Of a DNA stretch of 64,000 nucleotides, positions 44,351 through 54,983 are shown piece by piece (the first letter of the stretch is position 1; the number at the start of each line of letters is the position of its first letter). The translations under genes and the position numbers were made by a program. This DNA is from an uncultured Pelagibacteraceae bacterium (GTDB lineage: Bacteria > Pseudomonadota > Alphaproteobacteria > Pelagibacterales > Pelagibacteraceae). The DNA lies in assembly GCA_902584995.1 (NCBI GenBank), contig CACICF010000004.1, positions 13,960 through 77,959 on the forward strand, given 5' to 3'. The notes beneath the pieces are model-generated. The model was not told the DNA's origin and did not search any database. It saw only the letters and a list, made by a program, of their open reading frames with translations.

Positions 44351-45066
44351 AAAAGAGACTAGGAGTAAATATAGATCATGTTGCAACATTAAGAAATGCT
44401 AGAGGTGAAAAACATCCTGATCCTTACACTGTAGCTATGGAAGTTTTAAAATCAGGAGCAGACTCCATAACTGTTCATTTAAGAGAAGATAGAAGACATA
44501 TTATGGATATAGATTTAAAGATTTTATCTTCTAACAAATCAATTCCTATTAATTTAGAAATAGCTTCGGACCTAAAAATGGTTAAAATTGCACTTAAATA
44601 CAAACCATCTTATATTTGTCTTGTGCCAGAAAAAAGAAACGAAATTACTACTGAAGGTGGACTAAATTTAAAAAGGAATAGAAATAAAATTAAAAAAATA
44701 TTAGATATCTTCAATAGTAATAATATTAGAACTAGCTTATTTATAAATCCGTCTTTGCCAGATATAGAATTATCGAAAATTTTAGGAAGTAAATGTATAG
44801 AAATTCACACAGGTAAGATTTCTAACCAAATAAAGCAGAATAAAAATTATACTAAAGAACTTAATAAAATAAAAAAATGTGCCTCTTATGCAAAAAATAT
44901 AGGTTTAGAGGTTCATGCTGGTCATGGAATGGATTATAAGACAACGAAAATACTTAATAAGATAAAACAAATTGAAGAATTTAATATTGGGCATTTTATA
45001 ATTGGGGAGTCTGTTTCGCACGGCATTTCAAAAGTAGTTAAAAAATTTATTAATATATTAAGATAA
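44347..45066 (+). CDS. pdxJ: Pyridoxine 5'-phosphate synthase
   Basis: LGVNIDHVATLRNARG, HLREDRRHI, TTEGGL. Confidence 0.98.
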   Translation: MKKRLGVNIDHVATLRNARGEKHPDPYTVAMEVLKSGADSITVHLREDRRHIMDIDLKILSSNKSIPINLEIASDLKMVKIALKYKPSYICLVPEKRNEITTEGGLNLKRNRNKIKKILDIFNSNNIRTSLFINPSLPDIELSKILGSKCIEIHTGKISNQIKQNKNYTKELNKIKKCASYAKNIGLEVHAGHGMDYKTTKILNKIKQIEEFNIGHFIIGESVSHGISKVVKKFINILR

Positions 45067-45455
45067 TGGATATTATAGGTAATGGCGTTGATATTATTAA
45101 AAATAGTAGAATTAATAACTCATTAAAAATCAAAGGATTTCTAAATAGAATATTCACTAAAAAAGAAATTAAACAAGGAAAAAAATTAAAAAATAAGATT
45201 AATTTTTATGCAAAAAGATTTGCTGCAAAGGAGGCATTTGTTAAAGCAATCGGGACTGGCTTTAGATCTGACATTAATTTTAATGATATAGAAATTAACA
45301 ATCATAAGAATGGAAAACCTTATATTTTATTATCAAAAAAATTAAAAAATTTTCTAAAAAAAAAATTTAAAATAGAAAAATATAAAGTCCATTTATCACT
45401 TTCGGATGAAAAAGATTATTCAGTTGCTTTTGTAATTATAGATAAGTTAATATGA
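45066..45455 (+). CDS. acpS: Holo-ACP synthase
   Basis: GNGVDI, AKRFAAKEAFVKAIGTG, NGKP. Confidence 0.96.
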   Translation: MDIIGNGVDIIKNSRINNSLKIKGFLNRIFTKKEIKQGKKLKNKINFYAKRFAAKEAFVKAIGTGFRSDINFNDIEINNHKNGKPYILLSKKLKNFLKKKFKIEKYKVHLSLSDEKDYSVAFVIIDKLI

Positions 45456-46180
45456 AAAAAATAATAATTGAAAATCTTAAAACTGTAATTTATGCACTTA
45501 TTATTGCTATTTTAATTAGATCTATTTTATTACAACCTTTTTATATTCCATCCTCTTCTATGGAACCAAATTTATTAGTTGGAGACAGACTTTTTGTAAC
45601 AAAATATTCATATGGTTATAGCAAACATTCCTTTCCATTCAGTCCACCAATTTTTAAAAATCGTATACTTACTAAAGATCCTAAAAGAGGAGATGTAGCT
45701 GTATTTAAAACACCAGCAGATAATAGAACTGATTATATTAAGCGTGTTATTGGTCTACCTGGCGATACAATTCAATTTATAAATGGTGATCTTTATCTTA
45801 ATGGAAATCAAATTTTAAAAACTATTAAATCAAAAAATACCACCAATTATTGTGGCAAAACAAAAATCAATGTTAATACATTTGAGGAAAAATTACCTAA
45901 TGGCAAAGTTTATTTAGCCTCTTATAGAGCAGATATTAGTTTTGCAAACTCTGACAAATACATTGTTCCAAAAGACCATTTATTTTTCTTAGGTGATAAT
46001 AGAGATTGCTCAAAAGATAGTAGATTTTTATCTGAAGTCGGTTATGTACATAAAAATAACCTTGTTGGTAAAGCTCAAATATTATTTTTTTCATCTGATC
46101 CATTCATTGGAAGCATTGTAAAATTTTGGAAATGGAATGAAATATTAAGGCTAAATAGATTTTTCAAAATAATAAAATAA
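45452..46180 (+). CDS. lepB: Signal peptidase I
   Basis: IPSSSMEPNL, YIKRVIGLPGD, GDNRDCSKDSR. Confidence 0.97.
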   Translation: MKKIIIENLKTVIYALIIAILIRSILLQPFYIPSSSMEPNLLVGDRLFVTKYSYGYSKHSFPFSPPIFKNRILTKDPKRGDVAVFKTPADNRTDYIKRVIGLPGDTIQFINGDLYLNGNQILKTIKSKNTTNYCGKTKINVNTFEEKLPNGKVYLASYRADISFANSDKYIVPKDHLFFLGDNRDCSKDSRFLSEVGYVHKNNLVGKAQILFFSSDPFIGSIVKFWKWNEILRLNRFFKIIK

Positions 46181-46182
46181 AT

Positions 46183-46848
46183 ATGGATAAAATAAAAATT
46201 CTTCAAAAAAAAATTAAAATAGATTTTAAAAATGAAAAAATTCTTTTGCAGGCTATTACTCATAAAAGCTTTGATCCAACTAACAATTATGAAAATCTTG
46301 AATTTTTAGGTGATAGAGTGCTTGGCCTTGTTGTTTCTAAAAAACTATTCGAGCTTTTCCCAAACGAAAAAGTAGGATCTTTAGATAAAAAATTAGCTTC
46401 TTTGGTAAATAAAAATAAATGCTTAGAAGTTGGTAATTTACTAAATCTAAAAGAGTTTGTTATTACAGGTAATAATAAATCTAGTAAAAATATAGTAGAA
46501 AATAAAATTATTTCAGATTGTTGTGAGGCATTAATTGGGGCAATTTATTTAGACAGAGGATTTGAGGTTTCTAAAATTTTTATTCTAAAACAATGGAAAA
46601 ATTTAATAAAAAGTGCAGAAACCACTTTTGTTGATGCTAAAACAAGACTTCAGGAATACTCTTTAAAGAATTTTAAAATATTGCCTCTTTATAAACTAGT
46701 CTCCAATACTGGTCCTAGACACAAGCCTAAATTTAAAGTAGGCGTAAAACTTAAAAATAGTACATATATTTATGCAATAGGATCTTCAAAGAAAATCGCA
46801 GAACAATCTGCAGCCTCTGAACTTCTCAAAAAAATTAATCAAAAATGA
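46183..46848 (+). CDS. rnc: Ribonuclease III
   Basis: YENLEFLGDRVL, EALIGAIYLD, dsRBD (AKTRLQE, KKIAEQSAA). Confidence 0.97.
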   Translation: MDKIKILQKKIKIDFKNEKILLQAITHKSFDPTNNYENLEFLGDRVLGLVVSKKLFELFPNEKVGSLDKKLASLVNKNKCLEVGNLLNLKEFVITGNNKSSKNIVENKIISDCCEALIGAIYLDRGFEVSKIFILKQWKNLIKSAETTFVDAKTRLQEYSLKNFKILPLYKLVSNTGPRHKPKFKVGVKLKNSTYIYAIGSSKKIAEQSAASELLKKINQK

Positions 46849-47519
46849 ATTGGCAAGATAAAGGCTATTTATTGTCTTTAAACAAATATAATGAAAATTC
46901 ATCGATAGCTGAATTTTTTACAGAAAACAATGGGAAAGTAGTAGGAGTAATTTTTGGATCAACATCAAAAAAAATTAAAAGTTATTTATTAATAGGTAAT
47001 AAGTTTCATATAAATTCAAAACTTAAAGAAGATGGGAGATTAGGCTATCTTAAAGTTGAAATAGATGAAATTAAAACACCAGTCTTTTTAGAAAATAAAA
47101 AAAAATTATTTTGCATTATATATTGTATGAATTTGATTAAAATTCTTACTGTTGAAAATGAGAGTAATAAGGAAATTTACTCTCTATTAGAAAGATTGTT
47201 TAAAATTATTAATCTTGATAATTGGTTGGTTGAATTTTTATATTTAGAGTTAAATATACTTAAATCTATTGGATACGACATAAATTTTAAAGATTACGTG
47301 ATTAATAAGAATATCAATGGTCAAACTAGATATGTTGTAGACTCAATTCAAAAAATTATACCCAATTTTTTAATAGATAAAAAAATCATACCTGAAAATA
47401 TAAAAGATATTTACAGTGGATATTTAATAGTAGGGGATTTTTTGGATAAAACAATTATTAAACCTAACAACAAAAGTTTTCCCTCTTCAAGGAATGATTT
47501 TATTAATTTACTTAAATAG
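46845..47519 (+). CDS. recO: DNA repair protein RecO (diverged)
   Basis: MNWQDKGYLLS..KYNENS N-terminus, ELNILKSIGY; position after rnc. Confidence 0.85.
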   Translation: MNWQDKGYLLSLNKYNENSSIAEFFTENNGKVVGVIFGSTSKKIKSYLLIGNKFHINSKLKEDGRLGYLKVEIDEIKTPVFLENKKKLFCIIYCMNLIKILTVENESNKEIYSLLERLFKIINLDNWLVEFLYLELNILKSIGYDINFKDYVINKNINGQTRYVVDSIQKIIPNFLIDKKIIPENIKDIYSGYLIVGDFLDKTIIKPNNKSFPSSRNDFINLLK

Positions 47520-48500
47520 TCAAAGTTCAATCTGGTCTGCAAAATAAGTTACAATACTACTTGCTCCAGCTCTTTTAAAAGAAATAAGGGACTCCTTTAT
47601 AGACTCTTTATCGATTAGTTTCTTATTAATTCCATTCGTTAATAAGCTGTACTCACCAGATACTTGATACGCAAAAACAGGTATTTTAAAATTATCTTTT
47701 ACTTTCTTAATTATATCAAGATAGGGCATTCCAGGCTTAACCATTATCATATCAGCACCTTCTTTTACATCTAATGAAACTTCTCTCAATGTCTCATCAG
47801 AATTCCTAAAATCCATTTGGTATGTTTTTTTATCACCTTTTAACAATTTTTTTGATCCGACAGCGTCTCTAAATGGTCCATAAAAGCTAGAAGAAAATTT
47901 TACCGCGTATGACAATATCTGAACATCATTTAAATTATTTTTATCTAATGCCTTTCTTATCTTACCAATTCTTCCATCCATCATATCTGATGGAGCAATT
48001 ACATCACACCCCATTTTAGCTTGGAGCACAGCTTGTTTAGCAAGTATTTCCAAGGTTTCGTCATTGAGAATATTTTTTTTTTTTAACAATCCATCGTGAC
48101 CATGAGAAGTATAAGGATCAAGTGCCACATCACACATGATCCCAATTTTATTTTTAAATTTTTTTTTAATTAATTTTATTCCTCTACAAACTAAATTTTC
48201 AGGATTTAATGCCTCTGATCCAAATTCATCTTTTTTTTTTGTTTCAGTATGAGGAAACAAGGCAACCATTGGAATTCCTTTTTTAATAGCTTTGCCAACT
48301 ACAGAATTTAATTTGTCTGTACTGTATCTAAAAACATTTGGCATAGATTTAATCGATTCTTTTTTATTTTTTCCTTCAATCAAAAAAATAGGCAATATTA
48401 AATCGCTGTATGACAATGAGTTCTCTTGAACAAGTCTTCTGGACCATGCATATTTTCTTGATCTTCTAAGCCTTAAACTTGGATATTTTCCTGTTATCAT
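47520..48500 (-). CDS. hemB: Porphobilinogen synthase (Zn-independent type)
   Basis: DVALDPYTSHGHDG, PSDMMDGR, MVKPG, AYQVSGEY. Confidence 0.98.
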   Translation of the reverse strand: MITGKYPSLRLRRSRKYAWSRRLVQENSLSYSDLILPIFLIEGKNKKESIKSMPNVFRYSTDKLNSVVGKAIKKGIPMVALFPHTETKKKDEFGSEALNPENLVCRGIKLIKKKFKNKIGIMCDVALDPYTSHGHDGLLKKKNILNDETLEILAKQAVLQAKMGCDVIAPSDMMDGRIGKIRKALDKNNLNDVQILSYAVKFSSSFYGPFRDAVGSKKLLKGDKKTYQMDFRNSDETLREVSLDVKEGADMIMVKPGMPYLDIIKKVKDNFKIPVFAYQVSGEYSLLTNGINKKLIDKESIKESLISFKRAGASSIVTYFADQIEL

Positions 48501-48567
48501 ATTGTGTTTTATTATGCGACAAATGTATTATACAAATATATATAGAAATGAGTAGAAAACAATCATC

Positions 48568-49209
48568 ATGACGTCTTCTAGAAATAAAATTGTTAATTTA
48601 AACCTTCATAACGGAAACGATAGAGTTTTAAATTTTAGTGATTTTCAAAAGCAAACTATCCAATTTGACATTGACAAACTCCAAGATGCATACAATCAAA
48701 TTGTAAAGATTAAAAAGTTTGAGGATGCTGGTGTAACAAATTTTGGAGCAATATCATTAACTCAAATACCGGGAGATCCAGATTCAATAACAGGAAACAA
48801 GGCCAGAGGAGTGTACTGGACTAAACCTGATAAATCTGGGAAAGAAGTCTCAAGAGATGTAAACATTGATGAGTCACAATATTCTGAATTTATCAAAGAT
48901 TATGAAAATACTTATTTTAAAGAGGTTTACGATACTCTCGCTTCAAAATATAAGTTGGGAAGAGTAAGGATATTATTAAAAGAGCCTAGATCGACTTTGA
49001 GTTGGCATAGAGATCCAGAACCAAGATTACACATACCTATAATAACTAATCCTGGATGTTTAATGGTAATAGATAGTGTAGCAATGCACATGCCTGCAGA
49101 TGGCTCTGTTTGGGTAACCAATAATACAAAATATCATAATGCTTTCAATGGAGGAGAAGAAAATAGAATTCACCTCGTAGCGTGCGTGCTAGATTATAAG
49201 TTTAACTAA
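48568..49209 (+). CDS. Aspartyl/asparaginyl beta-hydroxylase-like 2OG-Fe(II) oxygenase
   Basis: WHRD (HxD), RLHIPIITNPGC, distal H in YHNAFN, and NRIHLV. Confidence 0.8.
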   Translation: MTSSRNKIVNLNLHNGNDRVLNFSDFQKQTIQFDIDKLQDAYNQIVKIKKFEDAGVTNFGAISLTQIPGDPDSITGNKARGVYWTKPDKSGKEVSRDVNIDESQYSEFIKDYENTYFKEVYDTLASKYKLGRVRILLKEPRSTLSWHRDPEPRLHIPIITNPGCLMVIDSVAMHMPADGSVWVTNNTKYHNAFNGGEENRIHLVACVLDYKFN

Positions 49210-49210
49210 T

Positions 49211-49633
49211 TTGAAAAATATATATATAGCATCTGATCACGCAGGATATAACTTGAAAGAAAGTATCAAGGAAAAATATTCAAAAAAATATAATTTGTTT
49301 GATCTAGGGCCAGAAAAATCGTCTAAAAAAGTTAATTATCCAGATTATGCTCATAAATTATCTAAAAAAATAAATAATAAACAAAATATTGGAATTCTGG
49401 TTTGTGGATCAGGAATGGGCATGTCAATGTCTGCTAATAAACACAAAAATATAAGAGCGGCATTATGTTATTCCGTAAAAAACGCTAAATTATCTAGATT
49501 GCATAATGATGCAAATGTTATTACATTAGGAGAAAGGTTGATTAGTAAAAAATTAGCCTTTAAATGTATAAATGCATTCTTAAACACTAAGTTTGAAGGT
49601 GGTAGACATTTGAAAAGAATAAAAAAAATATAA
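49211..49633 (+). CDS. rpiB: Ribose-5-phosphate isomerase B
   Basis: ASDHAG, CGSGMG, HNDAN, FEGGRH. Confidence 0.96.
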   Translation: MKNIYIASDHAGYNLKESIKEKYSKKYNLFDLGPEKSSKKVNYPDYAHKLSKKINNKQNIGILVCGSGMGMSMSANKHKNIRAALCYSVKNAKLSRLHNDANVITLGERLISKKLAFKCINAFLNTKFEGGRHLKRIKKI

Positions 49634-49638
49634 TAATT

Positions 49639-50949
49639 ATGTCAAGTGAAACAAAATATTTAAATAGTGAATACAAAGACTTTTTTGAAAAAAGTTTGTT
49701 AGATAGTGACCCTGAAATTTACAAAGCTATAAATGATGAATTAGTTAGACAGCAAAATCATATAGAGTTGATAGCATCTGAAAACATAGTATCTCAAGCA
49801 GTTCTTGAAGCTCAAGGATCAGTACTAACAAATAAATATGCCGAAGGTTATCCAGGTAAAAGATATTATAACGGCTGTGAACATGTTGATGTAGCAGAAC
49901 AACTAGCAATAGATAGACTTAAAGAATTATTTAATTGTAAATTTGCTAATGCTCAACCTCATTCTGGAGCACAAGCAAATGGTGCAGTATTTTTAGCTTT
50001 GCTTAAACCAGGTGATACTTTCATGGGAATGAGTCTGAATTCAGGAGGACACATTACTCATGGTTTAAAAATTTCAATGTCTGGTAAATGGTTTAATGCA
50101 ATCGGATACGAGGTTGATAAAAAATCTGAACTTATCGATTATGATAATGTTGAAAAACTTGCTCTCGAACACAAACCTAAACTTATAATTGCTGGTGGTA
50201 GTGCTTATTCTAGAGTAATTGATTTTAAAAGGTTTAGAGAAATTGCTGATAAAGTTGGAGCATATCTTATGGTGGATATGGCACATTTTTCTGGTCTTGT
50301 AGCAGGAAAAGGTTATCCAAATCCTTGCGACTATGCACATGTAGTTACCTCAACAACTCATAAAGTTTTTAGAAGTGCAAGAGGTGGAATAATATTAACT
50401 AATCATGAAGATCTATCTAAAAAATTTAATACCGCTGTTTTTCCAGGTTATCAAGGAGGACCTTTAATGCATATTATTGCAGCAAAAGCAGTAGGCTTTA
50501 AAGAAGCATTAAAACCTGAGTTTAAAGAATATATCAAAACTGTATTAGCAAACGCAAAAATTTTAGCTGAAACTTTAAAAAATAACGGATTTAAAATTTA
50601 TTCAGGTGGAACTGACACACACTTAATGTTAGTTGATTTAAGACCTTTTAAGGTTAAAGGAAATGCTGCTGCTGAAAGTTTATCGAGAGCAAACATTACA
50701 TGTAACAAAAACGGTATTCCCTTTGATACCGAAAGTCCTATGGTAACATCTGGAATTAGACTAGGCTCCCAAGCTGCTACAACTAGAGGATTCGGTTTAA
50801 AAGAATTTCAAAAAGTAGGTGATTTAATTACAAAAACTATTCAAGGCCTTTCAGAAAACCAAGAAGATAACTCTAAAATTGAGGATGATGTTAGAAAAGA
50901 AGTTGTTAGCCTATGTTCAAATTTTCCTATATATAAGCACTTAGGTTAA
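49639..50949 (+). CDS. glyA: Serine hydroxymethyltransferase
   Basis: [27 protein letters not shown]. Confidence 0.98.
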   Translation: MSSETKYLNSEYKDFFEKSLLDSDPEIYKAINDELVRQQNHIELIASENIVSQAVLEAQGSVLTNKYAEGYPGKRYYNGCEHVDVAEQLAIDRLKELFNCKFANAQPHSGAQANGAVFLALLKPGDTFMGMSLNSGGHITHGLKISMSGKWFNAIGYEVDKKSELIDYDNVEKLALEHKPKLIIAGGSAYSRVIDFKRFREIADKVGAYLMVDMAHFSGLVAGKGYPNPCDYAHVVTSTTHKVFRSARGGIILTNHEDLSKKFNTAVFPGYQGGPLMHIIAAKAVGFKEALKPEFKEYIKTVLANAKILAETLKNNGFKIYSGGTDTHLMLVDLRPFKVKGNAAAESLSRANITCNKNGIPFDTESPMVTSGIRLGSQAATTRGFGLKEFQKVGDLITKTIQGLSENQEDNSKIEDDVRKEVVSLCSNFPIYKHLG

Positions 50950-50958
50950 CTTAGTGTT

Positions 50959-51417
50959 ATGATATGTCCTATATGTAAAAAAGGCGACACATCAGTCGTC
51001 GATTCTAGACCAACAGAGGATGGAACAACAATTAGAAGAAGAAGATTGTGTGTTTGTGGTCAAAGATTTACTACATTTGAAAGAGTACAATTTAGAGAAC
51101 TCACAGTAATTAAAAAAAATGGGAGAAAATCGCCTTTCGATAGAGAAAAACTATCAAAATCAATTTATGTTGCATTGAAGAAAAGACCAATTGATACAGA
51201 AACAACTGAAAAATTTATATCAAAAATTAGTAGATCATTAGAAGAATTGGGACAAAATGAAATTCTATCTAACACCATCGGGACAATGGTAATGGAAGGA
51301 TTAAAAGAACTTGACCCAGTAGCTTATGTACGTTTTGCATCTGTATATAGAAACTTCAGAGAAGAAAAAGACTTTGTTCAATTTGTGGATAGAATAGATG
51401 TCTTTAAAAAAAGATAA
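50959..51417 (+). CDS. nrdR: Transcriptional repressor NrdR
   Basis: CPIC, VVDSR, RRRR, RFTTFE, ATP cone, AYVRFASVY. Confidence 0.97.
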   Translation: MICPICKKGDTSVVDSRPTEDGTTIRRRRLCVCGQRFTTFERVQFRELTVIKKNGRKSPFDREKLSKSIYVALKKRPIDTETTEKFISKISRSLEELGQNEILSNTIGTMVMEGLKELDPVAYVRFASVYRNFREEKDFVQFVDRIDVFKKR

Positions 51418-52495
51418 ATTTAAATTATCAGAAAAAAAAATTATGAACTTTGCTGTTAAGTTAGCAGAGAATAATAAATATTTAACGGGAACAAATCCAT
51501 CTGTTGGTTGCGTCATAGTTAAAAAAAATAAAATATTATCATTTGCTACTACTAATAATGGAGGTAGGCCACACGCAGAAAGTATTGCTTTGAGCAAAAA
51601 TATATATAACAAAGGAACAACATTATATTCAACACTTGAACCATGTTCTCACCAAGGGAAAACACCACCATGCACTAATGCAATAATAAAAAACAAAGTT
51701 AAAAAAGTTTACTACTCAATAGAGGACAATGACTTTAGATCTTTTAATAAAACAAAAAAAATATTAATGTCAAAAAATATAATTGTCAAATCAGGCCTTC
51801 AAAAAAAGAAAGTTAGTAAACTCTATAAAGAATATAATTATATTAGATCTAACAAAGCTCCTTACATAACAGGAAAAATTGCAAGTTCATCAAATTTAAA
51901 TATTTTAAACAACAATACTCCAATAACAAATGAGCACTCAAGGAGTGTTTCGCATCTTTTAAGATTTCAAAATCATGCAATATTAACTTCTTACAAAACT
52001 ATAAATACGGATAATCCTAAACTTAATTGCAGATTAAATGGACTAGAAAAGTTTTCACCGACAGTAATCGTAATTGATAAAAACTTAAAAATTAAAGCAA
52101 ATTCTTTTGTGATTAAAAATTCAAAAAAGAGTAAATTAATTATATTTCACTGTTCTAAAAATATTTCAAAAATTAAATTGTTAAAAAATAGGGGGGTTAA
52201 ACTCATTTCTCAGAAAGTAAACAATAACTCAAATTTAAACCTTAAAAAAATTACTCAAAAAATTTATAATTTGGGACTTCATAGGCTGTTGGTGGAGGCA
52301 GGAAAGGATTTGCTGACCAATTTACTTAAGGAAAATTTGTTAAATGAATTTTACTTTTTTCAGAGCGACAAAATAATCTCAAATAGATATAAAATTAATA
52401 TATCATCATTTATCAAAATGATTAATAAAAACTTCAAAAATAAGGAAAAAATAAATACATATTTAGGTAACGATACACTTACTCATTATTATTAA
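51398..52495 (+). CDS. ribD: Riboflavin biosynthesis deaminase/reductase
   Basis: [32 protein letters not shown]. Confidence 0.94.
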   Translation: MSLKKDKFKLSEKKIMNFAVKLAENNKYLTGTNPSVGCVIVKKNKILSFATTNNGGRPHAESIALSKNIYNKGTTLYSTLEPCSHQGKTPPCTNAIIKNKVKKVYYSIEDNDFRSFNKTKKILMSKNIIVKSGLQKKKVSKLYKEYNYIRSNKAPYITGKIASSSNLNILNNNTPITNEHSRSVSHLLRFQNHAILTSYKTINTDNPKLNCRLNGLEKFSPTVIVIDKNLKIKANSFVIKNSKKSKLIIFHCSKNISKIKLLKNRGVKLISQKVNNNSNLNLKKITQKIYNLGLHRLLVEAGKDLLTNLLKENLLNEFYFFQSDKIISNRYKINISSFIKMINKNFKNKEKINTYLGNDTLTHYY

Positions 52496-52496
52496 A

Positions 52497-53090
52497 ATGT
52501 TTAATGGAATTATATTTAACAAAGGAAAGATAAGCAGTATCAAAAAAAGAGCTAAGGGAATTAATTTATTTATTAGGTCTTCTTTGAAAGTGTCAAATAA
52601 AGATTTAGGTATTTCAATTTCTTGTGATGGTGTTTGTCTTACCTTAATTTCATATAAAAGTAAGATTTTAGAATTTTACTTATCTAATGAAACTTTGGCT
52701 AAATCAAAATATAAAAATATTAAAATTGGTGATGAAATTAATTTAGAAAAACCATTAAAATTTGGTGACAACATTTCAGGTCATATATGTCAGGGTCACG
52801 TAGATACAGTCTGTTCTTTAAAAAGCATAAAAAAAATAGACAAGTCAAATATACTAGACTTTAAAATAAGTAATTTATTTAAAAAACAATTAGTTGAAAA
52901 AGCATCTATACTAATTAATGGAGTATCACTAACTATTTCAAAAATTAAAAAAGATTCTTTTGAGATATGGGTTATACCACACACATTAAAATTGACAAAT
53001 TTAATTAACTTAAAAAAAAATGATTTAGTAAATGTTGAAATAGACATTATGTCAAAATATGTAAAAAAGTTTGTGAATGAAAAAAAATAA
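52497..53090 (+). CDS. ribE: Riboflavin synthase (alpha type)
   Basis: MFNGII, DGVCLT, GHICQGHVD, NGVSLT, VNVEID. Confidence 0.95.
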   Translation: MFNGIIFNKGKISSIKKRAKGINLFIRSSLKVSNKDLGISISCDGVCLTLISYKSKILEFYLSNETLAKSKYKNIKIGDEINLEKPLKFGDNISGHICQGHVDTVCSLKSIKKIDKSNILDFKISNLFKKQLVEKASILINGVSLTISKIKKDSFEIWVIPHTLKLTNLINLKKNDLVNVEIDIMSKYVKKFVNEKK

Positions 53091-54192
53091 TTTTAGTTCA
53101 ATAGAAAGCATTATTAAGACGGTAAAAAAAAATGGAATGTATATTCTTGTCGACGATGAGAGTAAGCATGAAGAAATGGAAAATGAAGGCGATTTAGTTA
53201 TTTCAACTTCAGCAGTAAGCCCAAAACATATCAATTTTATGGCGAAACATGCAAGAGGATTGATTTGTATTGCAATGGACAATATGCAAGCAAAAAAAAT
53301 TGGATTAACATTGGCCTCACCAATAAACCAATCTAGAAGCAAAACTGCATTCGCATATTCAATAGAAGCAAAAAAAGGTGTTACTACAGGAATATCGGCT
53401 TATGATCGTGCTAGAACTATAAAAGTAGCTTCAAATAAACAAGCAAAAAAAAATGATATTGTTTCACCAGGTCATGTGTTTCCTGTAATTGCAAGAGATG
53501 GTGGGGTACTTGTTAGAGCAGGTCATACAGAAGCATCAGTAGATATATCAAAACTTGCAAAAAAAAATAATTCAGCAGTTATATGTGAAATTATGGCCGA
53601 CGACGGCAAAATGGCTACAGGAAAAACGTTGTTTAATTTTGCCAAAAAACATAAATTAAAAATTGGCAAAATTGAGGATTTAATTGCATATCGATTAAAA
53701 AAAGAGAAGTTAATAAAACTAAAAAAAACCTCATCAATAATTGTACAAAAACAAAGGTTTAAAATTAAAGTTTTTGAAAATGTGTTAGATGGTTCTGAAA
53801 ATTTTGCATTAATCAAAGGATCTCTTAAAAAAGGAATTATACCGAGACTAAGAGTAATATCATCTAATGTAGTACAAAATTATTTAATTAATCAAAAGTT
53901 ACCAAATTCTTTTGATAAGACCATTAGCTATTTTAAAAAATATAACAACTGTGTTCTTGTTTTCATAAGAGATCCAAATTTAAAATCAGTAACCCAAACA
54001 CTTAAACAATACAAAAGTAAGACATTTTATAAAAAAGGACAAGATAAGTTGATCAGGAATTATGGTATTGGAGCACAAATAATCAAATCGCTAAATATTA
54101 AAAATATGATACTTGTTACTAGATCCAAAAAAAAAGTGATTGGTTTAGATGGATATGGAATAAAGATTAAAAAACAGGAAATTATTAAGTGA
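53077..54192 (+). CDS. ribB: 3,4-dihydroxy-2-butanone-4-phosphate synthase fused to a degenerate GTP cyclohydrolase II domain
   Basis: ENEGD, TTGISAYDRA, PGHVFP, RAGHTEA, ICEI; C-terminal RNYGIGAQI but no Zn-binding Cys cluster. Confidence 0.92.
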   Translation: MKKNNFSSIESIIKTVKKNGMYILVDDESKHEEMENEGDLVISTSAVSPKHINFMAKHARGLICIAMDNMQAKKIGLTLASPINQSRSKTAFAYSIEAKKGVTTGISAYDRARTIKVASNKQAKKNDIVSPGHVFPVIARDGGVLVRAGHTEASVDISKLAKKNNSAVICEIMADDGKMATGKTLFNFAKKHKLKIGKIEDLIAYRLKKEKLIKLKKTSSIIVQKQRFKIKVFENVLDGSENFALIKGSLKKGIIPRLRVISSNVVQNYLINQKLPNSFDKTISYFKKYNNCVLVFIRDPNLKSVTQTLKQYKSKTFYKKGQDKLIRNYGIGAQIIKSLNIKNMILVTRSKKKVIGLDGYGIKIKKQEIIK

Positions 54193-54575
54193 AAAAAAAG
54201 ATTCTTATAGTAGTTGCTAGTTATTATGAAAACATTGCAAATTCTTTATTAAAGAGTGCAAGAAATAAAATAAAAAATAAGTGCAATATTGATGTTATTA
54301 AGGTGCCAGGTGCATTTGAAATTCCAGTTACTATCGCTAAAAATTTAAAAAAATTTAATGGGTTTATTGCTTTAGGATGTGTGATTAAGGGAGAAACACC
54401 ACATTTTGATTTTATATCCAAATCTACTACAGACGCGTTAATGACATTATCGATTGCATCTAAGAAACCTGTCGGAAATGGTGTAATAACATGCTTTAAT
54501 AAAAAACAAGCTGTAAAACGTGGTAAGAAAGGATCTGAAGCAGCAGAGGCAGTATTATCAGTTCTTTTTCAATAA
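54189..54575 (+). CDS. ribH: Lumazine synthase
   Basis: VPGAFEIP, LGCVIKGETPHFD. Confidence 0.96.
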   Translation: MKKKILIVVASYYENIANSLLKSARNKIKNKCNIDVIKVPGAFEIPVTIAKNLKKFNGFIALGCVIKGETPHFDFISKSTTDALMTLSIASKKPVGNGVITCFNKKQAVKRGKKGSEAAEAVLSVLFQ

Positions 54576-54578
54576 ATT

Positions 54579-54983
54579 ATGACAGTTCAATTTTCCCCAC
54601 AGAGAAATCCTAGAGTAATAATTATACAAAAACTTTATGGAAAGCTTTATAACAATGAAGAAAGTATCACTTTTCCAAAACACAGATTTAAAAAATTTAT
54701 TAAAGATATTGTAAATGGGACTATAGAGAGAGAGGAATTGATAAATGCAGAGATTGATACTCATTTAAGTCGGGATTTGAAAATTAAAAATATGGATAAA
54801 GTTTTTCAAATTATTATTAAAAGTGCCATTTTTGAATTTTTATATAAACCAAATATATCGATCAAAATTATTATAAATGAGTACTTAAAAGCATCAAATT
54901 TTTTTATTGATGACGCACAAACTAAATATTTAAATGCATTATTAGATAAAATTTCAAAAAAGATTAGAATAAGGAATGAATGA
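54579..54983 (+). CDS. nusB: Transcription antitermination factor NusB
   Basis: KIIINEY, YLNALLDKI; ribH-nusB-thiL synteny. Confidence 0.88.
   Translation: MTVQFSPQRNPRVIIIQKLYGKLYNNEESITFPKHRFKKFIKDIVNGTIEREELINAEIDTHLSRDLKIKNMDKVFQIIIKSAIFEFLYKPNISIKIIINEYLKASNFFIDDAQTKYLNALLDKISKKIRIRNE

Noticed and set aside
26584-48522. TGCGACAA in two divergent intergenic regions (ruvX/gatC and hemB/oxygenase) as a RegA-type site
   Set aside because: Only a half-site is present in each case, and it is equally explained as a -35-like sequence or as chance.
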